44,384 nucleotides of DNA from an uncultured Erysipelotrichaceae bacterium (GCA_902782835.1 CACZOQ010000113.1:1-44384); one strand, 5' to 3'. Numbered from the stretch's first letter, positions 1-10,301 are shown. A program made the numbers and translations. The notes: generated by a model not told the origin, from the letters alone.

Positions 1-543
1 ATTGGTTTCTTAGCTCGTAAAAATGAAGTTGCTATGAAGAATGCTATGTTAAAGATGAATGAAATGATAAAAAAACTTCATACATTATATGAGGAATTAA
101 ATGATATTGAAATTACAAATTATTTGTCAGAAGTTAGCGAATCTGCAAGTATTTATGATTTATTTATGGCATCTTTACGTTCTTTTGCATTTTTGGAGAA
201 ATCATTTTTACAACAAGAGGCTTTTCAAGAAGTTCCTTTCAAGTCTGTTATTGATGATTATTTAAAATTCTTATATAACCCTAATAATACAATTTTAAGA
301 AAAATCAATGTATTTACAGACTATGATATTGTTAGTATCGTTGCTGAAAAATATCGTTTGTTGAACTTAAAAGTTACGAATGATATGATTGGAGTAGATG
401 CTATTGATACTACTTTAGATTCTGTTCAATTTATTAATTTAATTCAAAATATTAGTCGTAGTCATATTACTCTTCATGATATAGAAAATATTTGTAGGAT
501 GAGAGAATTATGCGATTATCAAGAGGAAGAAGAGACTGAATAG
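1..543 (+). CDS. hypothetical cytoplasmic protein, possibly 5'-truncated at the window edge
   Basis: Frame 1 is open from nt 1, with no stop before the first ATG at 34. It ends at TAG 541-543. No TM helix or recognisable motif; acidic C-terminus (QEEEETE). Confidence 0.6.
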   Translation: MGFLARKNEVAMKNAMLKMNEMIKKLHTLYEELNDIEITNYLSEVSESASIYDLFMASLRSFAFLEKSFLQQEAFQEVPFKSVIDDYLKFLYNPNNTILRKINVFTDYDIVSIVAEKYRLLNLKVTNDMIGVDAIDTTLDSVQFINLIQNISRSHITLHDIENICRMRELCDYQEEEETE

Positions 544-623
544 GGCCCTTTTTTCTTCTTTTGTTTTTCTTGAAAAAAAATTCCTTTTTATCTATAAAAA
601 AACTTTTATAGTTTTTTTTTCTA

Positions 624-632
624 TGCTATAAT
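624..632 (+). promoter_or_regulatory. candidate extended -10 promoter element (TGcTATAAT) upstream of the first SipW gene
   Basis: TGCTATAAT at 624-632, about 17 nt upstream of the TTG/GTG start cluster at 649-655. No good -35. Such matches arise by chance in AT-rich DNA. Confidence 0.35.
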
Positions 633-648
633 GTAATATGAGAATAGA

Positions 649-1980
649 TTGGTGGTGACTGAAGTGCAAAAAGCTAAGAACATTATAAAATATATTGCAA
701 CTGCTTTTTTAGTTCTTTTAGTTTCATTATGTATTTATACCTTTATCGTTACGGATATTATGAAAAAAGATTACGTAAATGTTTTTGGTTATACTTATTT
801 TGTTGTTGCTACTGGATCTATGTCTGGAACGATTGAAGTGGATGATATTATTTTTGTTCGTATTACGAAGAATGTTAAGGAAAATGACATTATTACTTTC
901 AAAAATAAAGATGGAGATATTATTACTCATCGTTTGATTCGTAAGGATGGTAGTCATTATATTACCAAAGGTGATGTTAATAATGTAGCAGATGAATCCA
1001 TTTCGAAAGGACAAATTATAGGTAAAGTTAAATGGATTGTTTCTCCTAGTTTTATATTGAAATCTATTGCTATTTTCTTAATTGTCTTCATATTATTAGC
1101 ATTAGTAAATTTTGATAATATTGTTAAAAAGTATATTATTCGAGATAATTCAAAGAAAGAAAAAGATGATAGCTCTAGCACAGAGGAAGAAAAGGAGAAT
1201 ACTAAGAATACAGAAACTTCTGTTGCTACGAAGATTTCTGGTAGTTCGACTACAGTGCCTGATGAAATATTTCATAATCCTAAGAAACATTATGATGAAC
1301 CTTCTAGTGGTATGACAGTAACAATTGCTTTTGATGCTATGGAAGCATTGGAAAGAGCACATGCTAAAGAGGTTGAACGAGATGAAAGGGTTGAAGTATT
1401 AGAAGATTATGATGAATTTGTATTTTCTTATGAACCTATGAAAAAGAAAAATAAAGATTCGAAAGAAAAAGAAACGATTGATTTTCTTGTATCTATTTTA
1501 AAATGTAAAAGTAATAATACAGCTAAATCTAGAATGAATAAGAAATGGTTAGAAAAATACCGTTATGTTTATAAATTATGTTATTTATTATTAGAAAATG
1601 ATACAGAACGTTTTCGTGAAGAAGTAGAAAATCCTCCTTTCCGAGAAATCTATGATTATGATTTGGATCGAGTAGGGTTGACACAATCTATTCGTAATCG
1701 TCTTTATGATATGCCTGTTTATGTATTTTTAAGAATTCTTACTTATGCAATTTTATACAATGATGATGAACTATTTGATGGAGTATACAAAATATTAAAA
1801 TATAAAACGGCTATTGATCCAACGGGTGATTTTATTCAATTAAGTCGTTATGATCAGGATGCTTCTAAACAAGTTCGTACATTAGTTGCGTTTATGAAAA
1901 AAGTTCCTAATAAATTTGATAATAAACACGTATTTGAATTAGATAAAGTTGAGAGAATGGTAAAAATTGGAAAGTATTAA
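649..1980 (+). CDS. sipW: SipW-type (S26B, ER/archaeal-type) signal peptidase I with a roughly 280-aa C-terminal extension
   Basis: N-terminal TM helix, then FVVATGSMSGT (catalytic Ser), ITHRLI (His) and TKGDVNNVAD (Asp pair), then a second TM helix (IAIFLIVFILLALV). These line up with B. subtilis SipW motifs LSGSMEP / VTHRI / KGDNNAAAD. An acidic/Ser-rich linker and a helical domain of unknown function follow. Non-ATG start (TTG 649, or GTG 652/655). Confidence 0.8.
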   Translation: MVVTEVQKAKNIIKYIATAFLVLLVSLCIYTFIVTDIMKKDYVNVFGYTYFVVATGSMSGTIEVDDIIFVRITKNVKENDIITFKNKDGDIITHRLIRKDGSHYITKGDVNNVADESISKGQIIGKVKWIVSPSFILKSIAIFLIVFILLALVNFDNIVKKYIIRDNSKKEKDDSSSTEEEKENTKNTETSVATKISGSSTTVPDEIFHNPKKHYDEPSSGMTVTIAFDAMEALERAHAKEVERDERVEVLEDYDEFVFSYEPMKKKNKDSKEKETIDFLVSILKCKSNNTAKSRMNKKWLEKYRYVYKLCYLLLENDTERFREEVENPPFREIYDYDLDRVGLTQSIRNRLYDMPVYVFLRILTYAILYNDDELFDGVYKILKYKTAIDPTGDFIQLSRYDQDASKQVRTLVAFMKKVPNKFDNKHVFELDKVERMVKIGKY

Positions 1981-1994
1981 AAGGAAGTGAGAGT

Positions 1995-4900
1995 ATGAAA
2001 CAGAATAATATTGATACCAAAAAAGTATTTATTGTTTTTGTTGCAGCTCTTTTTCTTTTGATTGGATCCTTTTCTATTTATACTTTAATAACTGCTGTTT
2101 TCTCTTATAGTGAATTGGAAGAAAAATGGGATGGTGTTACAGTTGCTACTTCTTTTTCTGGCGGAAATGGAAGTGCTGAAAATCCATATGTTATTAAAGA
2201 TGCTTCTGAATTTGTTTATTTTCAGTCTTTAATTGAAGGGGAATCTTATGAGGCTTATCAAGATAAGTATTACATATTAGGTAATGATATTGATTTTAAT
2301 GGTCATACTCTTACTCCAATTGGAGCTCGATATGGTGGTAAGCGTATATTTAATGTTGAGGATCATGATGATGACAATTTCCTAGATGTTGTTGATAATG
2401 ATACTTCGGATGTTGTTGATGATAATACTTCGGATGATGTTGATGATAATCAAGCAGATGAAGATGAACCATTAGATGATAAAGAAGATGAAGAAAGATT
2501 CTTTAAAGGCCATTTTAATGGAGATGGTTTTTCTCTTAGTCATTTTGTTATTAAACAACCTGATGTTATTGATGATGTGTCATATTATTCTTTATTTTCT
2601 AAGACAGTTGATGCTGAAATCGTTCATTTAAATATGGAAGATGTGACGATTTGTCCTGAAGAAAATGAAATTATAAAAGATGATGAAGAAGATGAAAAAA
2701 TCGTGGTATCTCTTCTAGTTGGGCACAGTAGTTCTACAGAAGAACATAAAGCGCTATTTGCTGATTTTTCTGTATCTAATCTTAAATTAGACATTCATAA
2801 TGTTACTAGTGAAGGAACAATTTTCCGCCCTTTCATTGGTACTATTTCTGATGAGATTGAAATTCAAAAAGTTTTCATAGCTGGAGAAATGATTGGAAAC
2901 GTATTTGAAAATGATATTTCATTTATTCCATCTGAATATAAAACAAGTGTTTCCTATGTAATTGATGGCATTAAACTTACAGATATTCGAAAAGAAAATC
3001 TTTATATGGAAGGTATTTCTTATTATTACTCTTTAATTGGAGGAGAGTTCTATATTAATGGTGATATTGTTCCATTAGATAGTGTTTTAGAAGTATTTAA
3101 TGAAAATACAGTTGCTGATTATTATTGGGAATTTAAGGATGATAAGATTTCTATTCATAAGTTTAAACCTGTTCAATTGAAAGAAATTCCTGCTCTTTCG
3201 CAAGCATTTTCTTTTTCAATTCGTCGTTCTGGAGCGATCCCTCTTCATAATACAGGAGTAGAGGGAACGAATGTTTATGTTAATGATTTGACAAGTGATT
3301 ATAATTATTATATGGGACTTAATTATGTAACTTCCCCAAATGAAACGTTACCTACGAGAGAAAATAAGGGATTGTATGGAGCTAGTAATTTGGCTAAAGT
3401 TTATATTCATTATTCTAGTGCAGATTATAGTGATGATACTGTTTTTGGTAGAGTAAGTGTTGCAGATAATTATACAGATTTCTATTATTATAAGTATTAT
3501 CCTATCGTGGATGGGAAAGTAACTTTTGATTTAATTGATAATCCTTGGGCTAATCGTCCTAGTGGGAAATCATTTAATGGTTGGATTACGGATTATGAAG
3601 GTGCTGAAATTAGCATTGATATGGGACATTATGTTCGTAGTGTTACAATTCCTATTGTAGATGGTAATACAGATATTTCAATTGATTTTTATTCAGCATG
3701 GAAAGAGGAAACTCTTGTTACGGGGACTAATTTTAATGGTTTAGATTCTCCTGGAATGGTTATGTATGAACCTACTTATGAATATGATTATGGAGATGTT
3801 AGTTCTTATTATATCAAGAGAACTCAAGCAGCTTTCACAAACTATCCAACAGGAGCTGTTATTTATACTATGGCTGGAGTTCGTATTGGTGCTACACGTT
3901 GTACGACTTATCCAGGTGGTTGTGATTATTTAATTCAAAGTAATTCTGCTATTGCTGAACCTGGAGCAGAATACTATATTTTAACCTTCTCTGATCCTCC
4001 TGGACCTAACGCTATTAGTGTTACTCAGGTTCAGCCAACATTAACAATGTTTTCTCCTTTTAATGCTGGAGATTTAGTAGCTGGTAACTTTGAAAAAGTG
4101 ACGAAAACTAGAAACTCTAGTATAGAGGGATTATATAATTTTAATGGTGTTATGCAACATGGAAATTGTAATGCTAATACTTGTGAATTATATCAAATGG
4201 TTCAATTTTATAATGAATATGGAAATATAAATGAAGTTGATTTAAATAAGATTTATTATTATTTGGTAACACGTGATACTAATATTATGGTGCTTACTGG
4301 AAATGTTAATGGGTTTAATGTAACGAAACCTGTTACGATTACAAGTATTAATAATGGTGTGAATGGTAATCATACGATTACTGTTAATAGTAGTAATAAT
4401 GCTATGCGACTGGATGCTGATGCTAGGATCGAATATGTTAATTTAAATTCTAGTGCATCGGCAAGTAGTTCTTTGTATTCAAGTACTGGAAGTAGAGCAT
4501 CTAATTCTATTATTGGAAATTATCATAATTTAAAAATTGGTCGAGGAGTTATGACTACTAATACTAATAGACGTATCAATGTCTTTGGTGGTACAAGTAT
4601 GTCTAATACCGTTAGTTTAGGTAATAGTCAAACGGGAACTACTTATCCATTTTCTTTAATCATTGAGAGTGGAAGAATTAATAGTATCTATTTTACTGAA
4701 TCTAGAAGTGGAAAAGGTACTTTAGTTTTGGATGCTTTTTGTGTTATGGGTAGTGATTTAGATCGCGTTAAAGGAGTTGATACGAATCTAGATGTTTACT
4801 ATTCTTTCCAAGGAAATGCTGGTAACAATGTTTTGAGAACTTCGACTGATCATGGACGTGTTTATGATTTATATGTTAAAAGTGGGCGTTATGGTACTAG

Positions 4901-7900
4901 TAAAGCAGATATCTTTACGGGTATCTATGTTGGAGGACGTGGTGCTTCTGTTTTTGGTACTCGTGCTTTAACCATTGAAGGGGGATACATTTATTCAGTT
5001 ATCGGTGGATTGGGTTCTACTGAGGAACAGAAAAATTATAATGTTATTTATATCTATATGAAAGGTGGATCTGCGGACGCAGTCTTTGGTGGCTCTGGTT
5101 CGGGTGAAACTTATGGTAACCGTATTGTAAGTGTTACGGGTGGTACTGTTAATTATTCTGTCTTTGGTGGAAGTAATGGTTCAACTGTAGGTACTACAGG
5201 AGACTCTGGTATTTTGAATGGTGACTCTTATGTTTATGTAGGAGGATCGGCACATATTGGTGGAGGATCAGGACAACTCTTTAGAGCGGATGCTGGAAAT
5301 GTCTTTGGTGCTGGTGCTGGTAATACGAACCAAGATGGTTTAGGTTCTGTTAATAATTCTAATATTGTTATCAATGGAGATGCTATTATAGAAAAATCTG
5401 TCTATGGTGGAGGAAACTATGGTTCTGTAGGGGCTAAAAGTACTAGTAGTGTATCTACTACGAATGTATTAGTTCTTGGGGGGACTATTAAAGAATCTGT
5501 CTATGGTGGAGGAAACAATAATGGTAGTGGTACAAGTACTCGGGTTACAGCAACTTTAAATATTGATATTCAAGGTGGTTCAATTTCTCAATCTGTTTAC
5601 GGTGGTTCTCGTACTACTGGTGTTATTTACGGTGGAACCAATGTAACAATTAGTGGTGGAACGATTGCTGGAGACGTTTATGGTGGTGGAGAAGGTGGTT
5701 ACACAAATAACAATTCTCCAGGTACTTATGTTCGTGATTCTGTTAATGTAACTATTAATAATGGTACAATTTCTGGCTCTGTTTATGGTGGTAGTGCCTA
5801 TGGAATTGTTAATGCAGCAAATCGAAATACAAATACTTCTAATGCTACAACTACTGTTACAATTAATGGTGGAACCGTTACAAATAATGTCTTTGGAGGG
5901 GCTAAAGGTAGTAATTCTTATACCCCTAAAGTTGTTGGAAATATTACAGTTAATATGAACAATGGATCTGTTGGAAATGTCTTTGGAGGATTTGATGCTT
6001 CTGGAAAACCTGGCAGTGGAGATATTGTTTATCTGAATGGTGGTACTGTTGGAAATGCCTATGGTGGTGGAAATAATGCTGACCAAACTACATCAGATAT
6101 TCGTTTACAAGGAACTACAATTAATGGAAATTTATATGGTGGTTCGAATGAAACAGGAACTGTTACCAATTCTTATGTAACTGTTACAAGCGGTAGTGTT
6201 AGTGATATCTTTGGTGGTAATAACTTAGCTGGAACTACCGTGAATACTCATGTAACTATTACAAATGGAACGATTACTGGAGACGTTTATGGTGGTGGAA
6301 ATCAAGCTAATTCTACTAATACGAGTGTTAGTATCAATGGTGGAGATTTAAACGATGTCTATGGTGGAGGATTATCCGCTGGAGTAAGCAATTCAACTCA
6401 TGTAACGTTTAATAGTGGATCTGCTGATAATGTTTTTGGAGGAAGTAATACATTAGGAGCGGTAAATGACACAGTTGTTAACGTTAATAATACTTCTGGC
6501 TCAGGCATAGTAGCTGTCTATGGTGGTAATAACTTAGGTGGAACAACTGATACTTCTACTGTTACGATTTCTGATGGTACTATTGTTGAGGTCTATGGCG
6601 GAGGTAAAAAAGTTGGAATTAATTCTACAATTGTCAACGCTAATGGTGGAGAAATTGATAGTGTTTATGGTGGAAGTAATATTGAAGGAGATGTTACTAC
6701 TAGTCATGTTAATGTTGGAAACGTAGTAGGAAGTACTGTTACCATTGGAGATGTTTACGGAGGTAATAACGCTGGTGGAGTTACAACGGATACTAATGTT
6801 CATGTTTATTCTGGTACCATCACGAATGTTTTCGGTGGTGGAGAAAATGCTGACGTTGGAGCCACTAATGTTATTGTTGATGGTGGAATAATTACTGATG
6901 TCTATGGTGGTGGAAATGCTGCTGGCGTAGGTAATGATACTTCTTTAGATATTAATGGCGGAACGATTACTAATAATGTTTATGGTGGAGGTAATGAGGG
7001 TATTGTTCAAGGAAATACCAATGTTACGATTACAAATGCTGCTGTTCAAGGAAATGCTTTTGCTGGAGGTAATGGTAGTACTGCTGTTGTATATTTGAAT
7101 TCAGTTATTACAATTGATGGAACGACTGAAATTGGTACTAGTTCCTCTGAGGCACCAAATGATGGGTGTGTCTTTGGTTCTGGAAATGCAGCTTCTACTG
7201 GTCTTGAGAGTACTAACAATTCTAAAGCAATTGTTTATATAGCTGGTGGAATAATTCATGGTAATGTTTATGGCGGACCTAAGATGGCAGTTGTTTATGG
7301 AACTACAGAGGCAAATGTAGGTTTAAGTGCTGTTACATCTTCTGTTGCTAAACTTCAAGCAGAAGATGATGCTAATCAAGAAGTAGAATTATTTGTACCA
7401 GATGTAAATCCAGCATCTTTAACTGAAGGTAATATTGTTATTAGTGGTACTGTCTTCGGTGGTGGTGAAAGTAATGCTTCAGGTAGTACAACTTATGACT
7501 GGAACTTCGTTTCTGTTACTAAAGGTATTACTGTTACTGTTGATGGAACAGGTTATGAAAATCATTCTCATAATTTCGTTATAAATGGAAGTATATTTGG
7601 TTCTGGAAATGCTTCTACCTCTTCTGGAACATCTTTAATATATATTAAGAATTTGGGTACAACGGCTCACCCAAATAAAGGCATTTCGATTCAAAGAGCT
7701 AATTATTTGGAAATTGATCATACAGTCATTGAATTATCAGGAGCAACTGATAGAACGAACCAATTTGGAAACATTTTATATTCATTTAATATTATTGATA
7801 AAATGGTTATTAAAAATGATACGACTTTATTATTACAACATAATGCAAACTTGTTACAAGAACTTTATAGTGGTGTTGATTCTGGTAATACTTTAGTTCC

Positions 7901-10250
7901 TGCAACTGTTGATATTGATGATGATACTAAAACAGTTACTAAAAACGTCGATAATCGTATTTATATGATTCCTGGACAGAATTTGAATGTAACTATTAAC
8001 CAAGCTGCTACTGCTTATGGTAAGGTTACAGGTATGACGTTCTTTGGGATGTATAATTCATATGAAGGTGGAACGTATCGTTTTGGTTTATATGATGATG
8101 ATGTTAGTTATGGAGATACCGGAAATGCTAGTATGGCAATTGTTGGTGGTAGTTATGTTATTGGTTTACGGAATGATAATCATGATATAACGAAGGATGG
8201 ATTCTATTCAAATTATTTGGATGAAGAAACTTATACTGACATCTATACAGCTTATATTGATCCTACTCCTATTGGTAAGACTGGATATCGTTGGGTTATC
8301 GGTTTTGAAGCAATTAGTTATGAATTTACTTTACAAGCTTCTAGGTATTCTTCTTTGGGAACTTATGAATTACAATTGATTGACTTTGCTGAAGGAGATA
8401 CATCGTTTACTGTATTAGGATTTGATAGCAATGGTTTAAACCCTGAATTATCTTTAGTTGATTCTAATTTGGTACCAAGAGTTGGTGCTTCTGAGGAGGA
8501 AGCTAATAGTATCTTTGGTCTTTCTCTAAAAGTTGAGACTCAAGAGTGGACTGGTTATGGAACAACTAAATTATTGAGTAATGGTGGTGGCCAGACTACT
8601 GGGGATCAAGAGTATCGTACCGATAGTCGTCAGCTTCCACCTTCTATGATGTTCTATTTATATCATGCTAAAAATATTACTTGTTCAGGTAATTTAGGAA
8701 CGGTAGTTTTGACAATGCAAGGTGCTGTTCCAAAGAATGAGATTGATTATGAAATTAAATTCATTACTGTAACGATTCATTTAACTGCTATTAATGTAGA
8801 TGCTGATAGTTACGATGCTTCTATTACGTATGATAAGAAGTATGAATTACCTTCTTCTACAGATGTTAATATAACGAACCAAAGTCAATTTAGTGCTTAT
8901 TATTCTTTAACGACATTTAAAGATGATTTTTCAAAAGTATATGGAAATAATAATGATAATGTTCACGTATTAGTAACAAATTATCCACTTCCTGTTAATA
9001 CAATGATTACCATGCTTGATTATGGTACGAATCCTAATCGTCCTGAGTATTATTATTTCCGTATTAATCAATCTGTTTACAATGATTCTATTACACAGCT
9101 AAACCAGTATAATGAAATAACTTATCGTCTGAGTCAATTCATTAAAATGGATAGTACTAGTACAAATAATACATATAATGATGCATCGGCAAACTTATCG
9201 TATTATGATAATACTTCACATCTGGTCGATGAAGAGTTTATGTTTATATTTGACTTTAAAGAATGTACACAGGTTACAGGAGATCATTTGGGCAATACGA
9301 TGTTGTTTGAACTTCGAAACCCTGAGGATCGTACGATTTTTAACGTATTAGGTATTCGTGAATCAATCATGGTTTATAATACTTATGAAAGTAGTAATGT
9401 TGTTTTAAACCAAACAATTGCAGACACGGATTCTTACTTATACTATAATGTTGCAGATCAATTTAGTTATTCTACAGAAGTTCTATATAATGAAACTGAA
9501 AACCGTCAACCAGTTATTGATACTAATTATGAATCTAGTAAAATGGGATTAAATGTTGTATTTATCGATAAAGATGGAGAAAAAGTAAGTTCCAGTCTAT
9601 TAATTGGTACAAGTATTCATATTGGTACGCAAGAATACTTTGCTGATGGTGATGGTGTGTTCCGAATTAAGTTAGCAAATAAAGTTTCGAATTTAAATCG
9701 AGCGGCTAGCATTACGGTTAATAAAGACTTGCCTTCTGGACAGTATACTGTACAATACTATCTATTTGCTTCGGATGATGGTCTTCATAATTCTTATGTT
9801 GAAAACTCTGTAATGGAGGAGTTTACGGTAAATGTAGTTAGTGCTGATAATGCTATTATTGTAGATTGCGAGGATCCGATGAAAGTTGTAGATGGAACAA
9901 CTGGTCTAAATATGGATAATACAAATATCAATACTTATACGGTTAAGTATTATTCTCATCTTTCTAATCCAAACTTTAGAATTGAAGTATTTAAACGTGA
10001 TGTTTCAACTATTGACTCTACAACCTTTACTTCTGTTCCATTCAGTCAATTATTTACAAACAATCTTACTGTTGTACGAGGAAACGAAGTATCATTCTCA
10101 ATGGGTGGGGATGATGAAAAGGACTTTAATTTTGAACTTCAAAGAAATCTTACAAGTGGTACGTATCGAATTGTCTTCCGTCTATATGACAGTGATCAGT
10201 TAATTGATGAAGAGACTAAATACGTGATTGTTAAGAAAAAAACCTCATAA
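1995..10250 (+). CDS. giant (2751 aa) secreted or anchored beta-helix repeat surface protein, adhesin-like
   Basis: RBS AAGGAAGTGAG lies before ATG 1995. N-terminus is a Lys-rich region plus one TM helix followed by TAVFSYSE. It has a G-x-G-S-x-x-NPYVI motif and an F-x-G-H-F-N-G-D-G-F-S-L (GLUG-like) motif. About 30 copies of [VF][YF]GG[GSN] occur at roughly 20-25 aa spacing, giving a parallel beta-helix look. The long C-terminal region has no recognisable motif. Confidence 0.85.
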   Translation: MKQNNIDTKKVFIVFVAALFLLIGSFSIYTLITAVFSYSELEEKWDGVTVATSFSGGNGSAENPYVIKDASEFVYFQSLIEGESYEAYQDKYYILGNDIDFNGHTLTPIGARYGGKRIFNVEDHDDDNFLDVVDNDTSDVVDDNTSDDVDDNQADEDEPLDDKEDEERFFKGHFNGDGFSLSHFVIKQPDVIDDVSYYSLFSKTVDAEIVHLNMEDVTICPEENEIIKDDEEDEKIVVSLLVGHSSSTEEHKALFADFSVSNLKLDIHNVTSEGTIFRPFIGTISDEIEIQKVFIAGEMIGNVFENDISFIPSEYKTSVSYVIDGIKLTDIRKENLYMEGISYYYSLIGGEFYINGDIVPLDSVLEVFNENTVADYYWEFKDDKISIHKFKPVQLKEIPALSQAFSFSIRRSGAIPLHNTGVEGTNVYVNDLTSDYNYYMGLNYVTSPNETLPTRENKGLYGASNLAKVYIHYSSADYSDDTVFGRVSVADNYTDFYYYKYYPIVDGKVTFDLIDNPWANRPSGKSFNGWITDYEGAEISIDMGHYVRSVTIPIVDGNTDISIDFYSAWKEETLVTGTNFNGLDSPGMVMYEPTYEYDYGDVSSYYIKRTQAAFTNYPTGAVIYTMAGVRIGATRCTTYPGGCDYLIQSNSAIAEPGAEYYILTFSDPPGPNAISVTQVQPTLTMFSPFNAGDLVAGNFEKVTKTRNSSIEGLYNFNGVMQHGNCNANTCELYQMVQFYNEYGNINEVDLNKIYYYLVTRDTNIMVLTGNVNGFNVTKPVTITSINNGVNGNHTITVNSSNNAMRLDADARIEYVNLNSSASASSSLYSSTGSRASNSIIGNYHNLKIGRGVMTTNTNRRINVFGGTSMSNTVSLGNSQTGTTYPFSLIIESGRINSIYFTESRSGKGTLVLDAFCVMGSDLDRVKGVDTNLDVYYSFQGNAGNNVLRTSTDHGRVYDLYVKSGRYGTSKADIFTGIYVGGRGASVFGTRALTIEGGYIYSVIGGLGSTEEQKNYNVIYIYMKGGSADAVFGGSGSGETYGNRIVSVTGGTVNYSVFGGSNGSTVGTTGDSGILNGDSYVYVGGSAHIGGGSGQLFRADAGNVFGAGAGNTNQDGLGSVNNSNIVINGDAIIEKSVYGGGNYGSVGAKSTSSVSTTNVLVLGGTIKESVYGGGNNNGSGTSTRVTATLNIDIQGGSISQSVYGGSRTTGVIYGGTNVTISGGTIAGDVYGGGEGGYTNNNSPGTYVRDSVNVTINNGTISGSVYGGSAYGIVNAANRNTNTSNATTTVTINGGTVTNNVFGGAKGSNSYTPKVVGNITVNMNNGSVGNVFGGFDASGKPGSGDIVYLNGGTVGNAYGGGNNADQTTSDIRLQGTTINGNLYGGSNETGTVTNSYVTVTSGSVSDIFGGNNLAGTTVNTHVTITNGTITGDVYGGGNQANSTNTSVSINGGDLNDVYGGGLSAGVSNSTHVTFNSGSADNVFGGSNTLGAVNDTVVNVNNTSGSGIVAVYGGNNLGGTTDTSTVTISDGTIVEVYGGGKKVGINSTIVNANGGEIDSVYGGSNIEGDVTTSHVNVGNVVGSTVTIGDVYGGNNAGGVTTDTNVHVYSGTITNVFGGGENADVGATNVIVDGGIITDVYGGGNAAGVGNDTSLDINGGTITNNVYGGGNEGIVQGNTNVTITNAAVQGNAFAGGNGSTAVVYLNSVITIDGTTEIGTSSSEAPNDGCVFGSGNAASTGLESTNNSKAIVYIAGGIIHGNVYGGPKMAVVYGTTEANVGLSAVTSSVAKLQAEDDANQEVELFVPDVNPASLTEGNIVISGTVFGGGESNASGSTTYDWNFVSVTKGITVTVDGTGYENHSHNFVINGSIFGSGNASTSSGTSLIYIKNLGTTAHPNKGISIQRANYLEIDHTVIELSGATDRTNQFGNILYSFNIIDKMVIKNDTTLLLQHNANLLQELYSGVDSGNTLVPATVDIDDDTKTVTKNVDNRIYMIPGQNLNVTINQAATAYGKVTGMTFFGMYNSYEGGTYRFGLYDDDVSYGDTGNASMAIVGGSYVIGLRNDNHDITKDGFYSNYLDEETYTDIYTAYIDPTPIGKTGYRWVIGFEAISYEFTLQASRYSSLGTYELQLIDFAEGDTSFTVLGFDSNGLNPELSLVDSNLVPRVGASEEEANSIFGLSLKVETQEWTGYGTTKLLSNGGGQTTGDQEYRTDSRQLPPSMMFYLYHAKNITCSGNLGTVVLTMQGAVPKNEIDYEIKFITVTIHLTAINVDADSYDASITYDKKYELPSSTDVNITNQSQFSAYYSLTTFKDDFSKVYGNNNDNVHVLVTNYPLPVNTMITMLDYGTNPNRPEYYYFRINQSVYNDSITQLNQYNEITYRLSQFIKMDSTSTNNTYNDASANLSYYDNTSHLVDEEFMFIFDFKECTQVTGDHLGNTMLFELRNPEDRTIFNVLGIRESIMVYNTYESSNVVLNQTIADTDSYLYYNVADQFSYSTEVLYNETENRQPVIDTNYESSKMGLNVVFIDKDGEKVSSSLLIGTSIHIGTQEYFADGDGVFRIKLANKVSNLNRAASITVNKDLPSGQYTVQYYLFASDDGLHNSYVENSVMEEFTVNVVSADNAIIVDCEDPMKVVDGTTGLNMDNTNINTYTVKYYSHLSNPNFRIEVFKRDVSTIDSTTFTSVPFSQLFTNNLTVVRGNEVSFSMGGDDEKDFNFELQRNLTSGTYRIVFRLYDSDQLIDEETKYVIVKKKTS
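2385..2450 (+). repeat. imperfect 24-nt tandem repeat (about 2.75 units) encoding DVVDNDTS/DVVDDNTS/DDVDDN
   Basis: GATGTTGTTGATAATGATACTTCG (2385-2408), GATGTTGTTGATGATAATACTTCG (2409-2432) and a partial third unit (2433-2450). It sits inside an Asp/Glu-rich insert of the giant ORF. Confidence 0.85.
5050..7620 (+). repeat. degenerate coding repeat array ([VF][YF]GG[GSN] beta-helix rungs) within the giant ORF
   Basis: The translation shows about 30 rungs, e.g. SVYGGGNYG, DVYGGGNQA, NVFGGSNTL, DVYGGNNAG. The long spurious ORFs in other frames and on the opposite strand (5580-6086, 6534-6803) fit a biased repetitive composition. Confidence 0.8.
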
Positions 10251-10255
10251 ATGGT

Positions 10256-10284
10256 TTGAATTTATATTGATATTATGATAATAT
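10256..10284 (+). promoter_or_regulatory. candidate sigma-A-type promoter (TTGAAT-17-TGaTAATAT)
   Basis: TTGAAT at 10256-10261, a 17-nt spacer, TAATAT at 10279-10284 preceded by TG at 10276-10277. It lies between the giant ORF stop (10250) and ATG 10302. Confidence 0.35.
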
Positions 10285-10301
10285 TAGGATGGTGATAATA
10301 G

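Noticed and set aside
592-620. Hairpin CTATAAAA-AAAC-TTTTATAG followed by T9 as a terminator for the first gene
   Set aside because: The stem is almost entirely A-T with a single G-C pair and is probably too weak. The GGGCCC palindrome at 543-548 likewise has no supporting stem. It was left out of the feature list.
5580-6803. Long ORFs on the opposite strand and in other frames inside the giant gene (5580-6086, 5761-5958, 6534-6803, 6538-6726)
   Set aside because: They lie wholly within the repetitive GG-rung region of a 2751-aa ORF. Their low-complexity Ile/Asn/Ser-rich translations lack RBSs. They look like by-products of the biased repeat composition.
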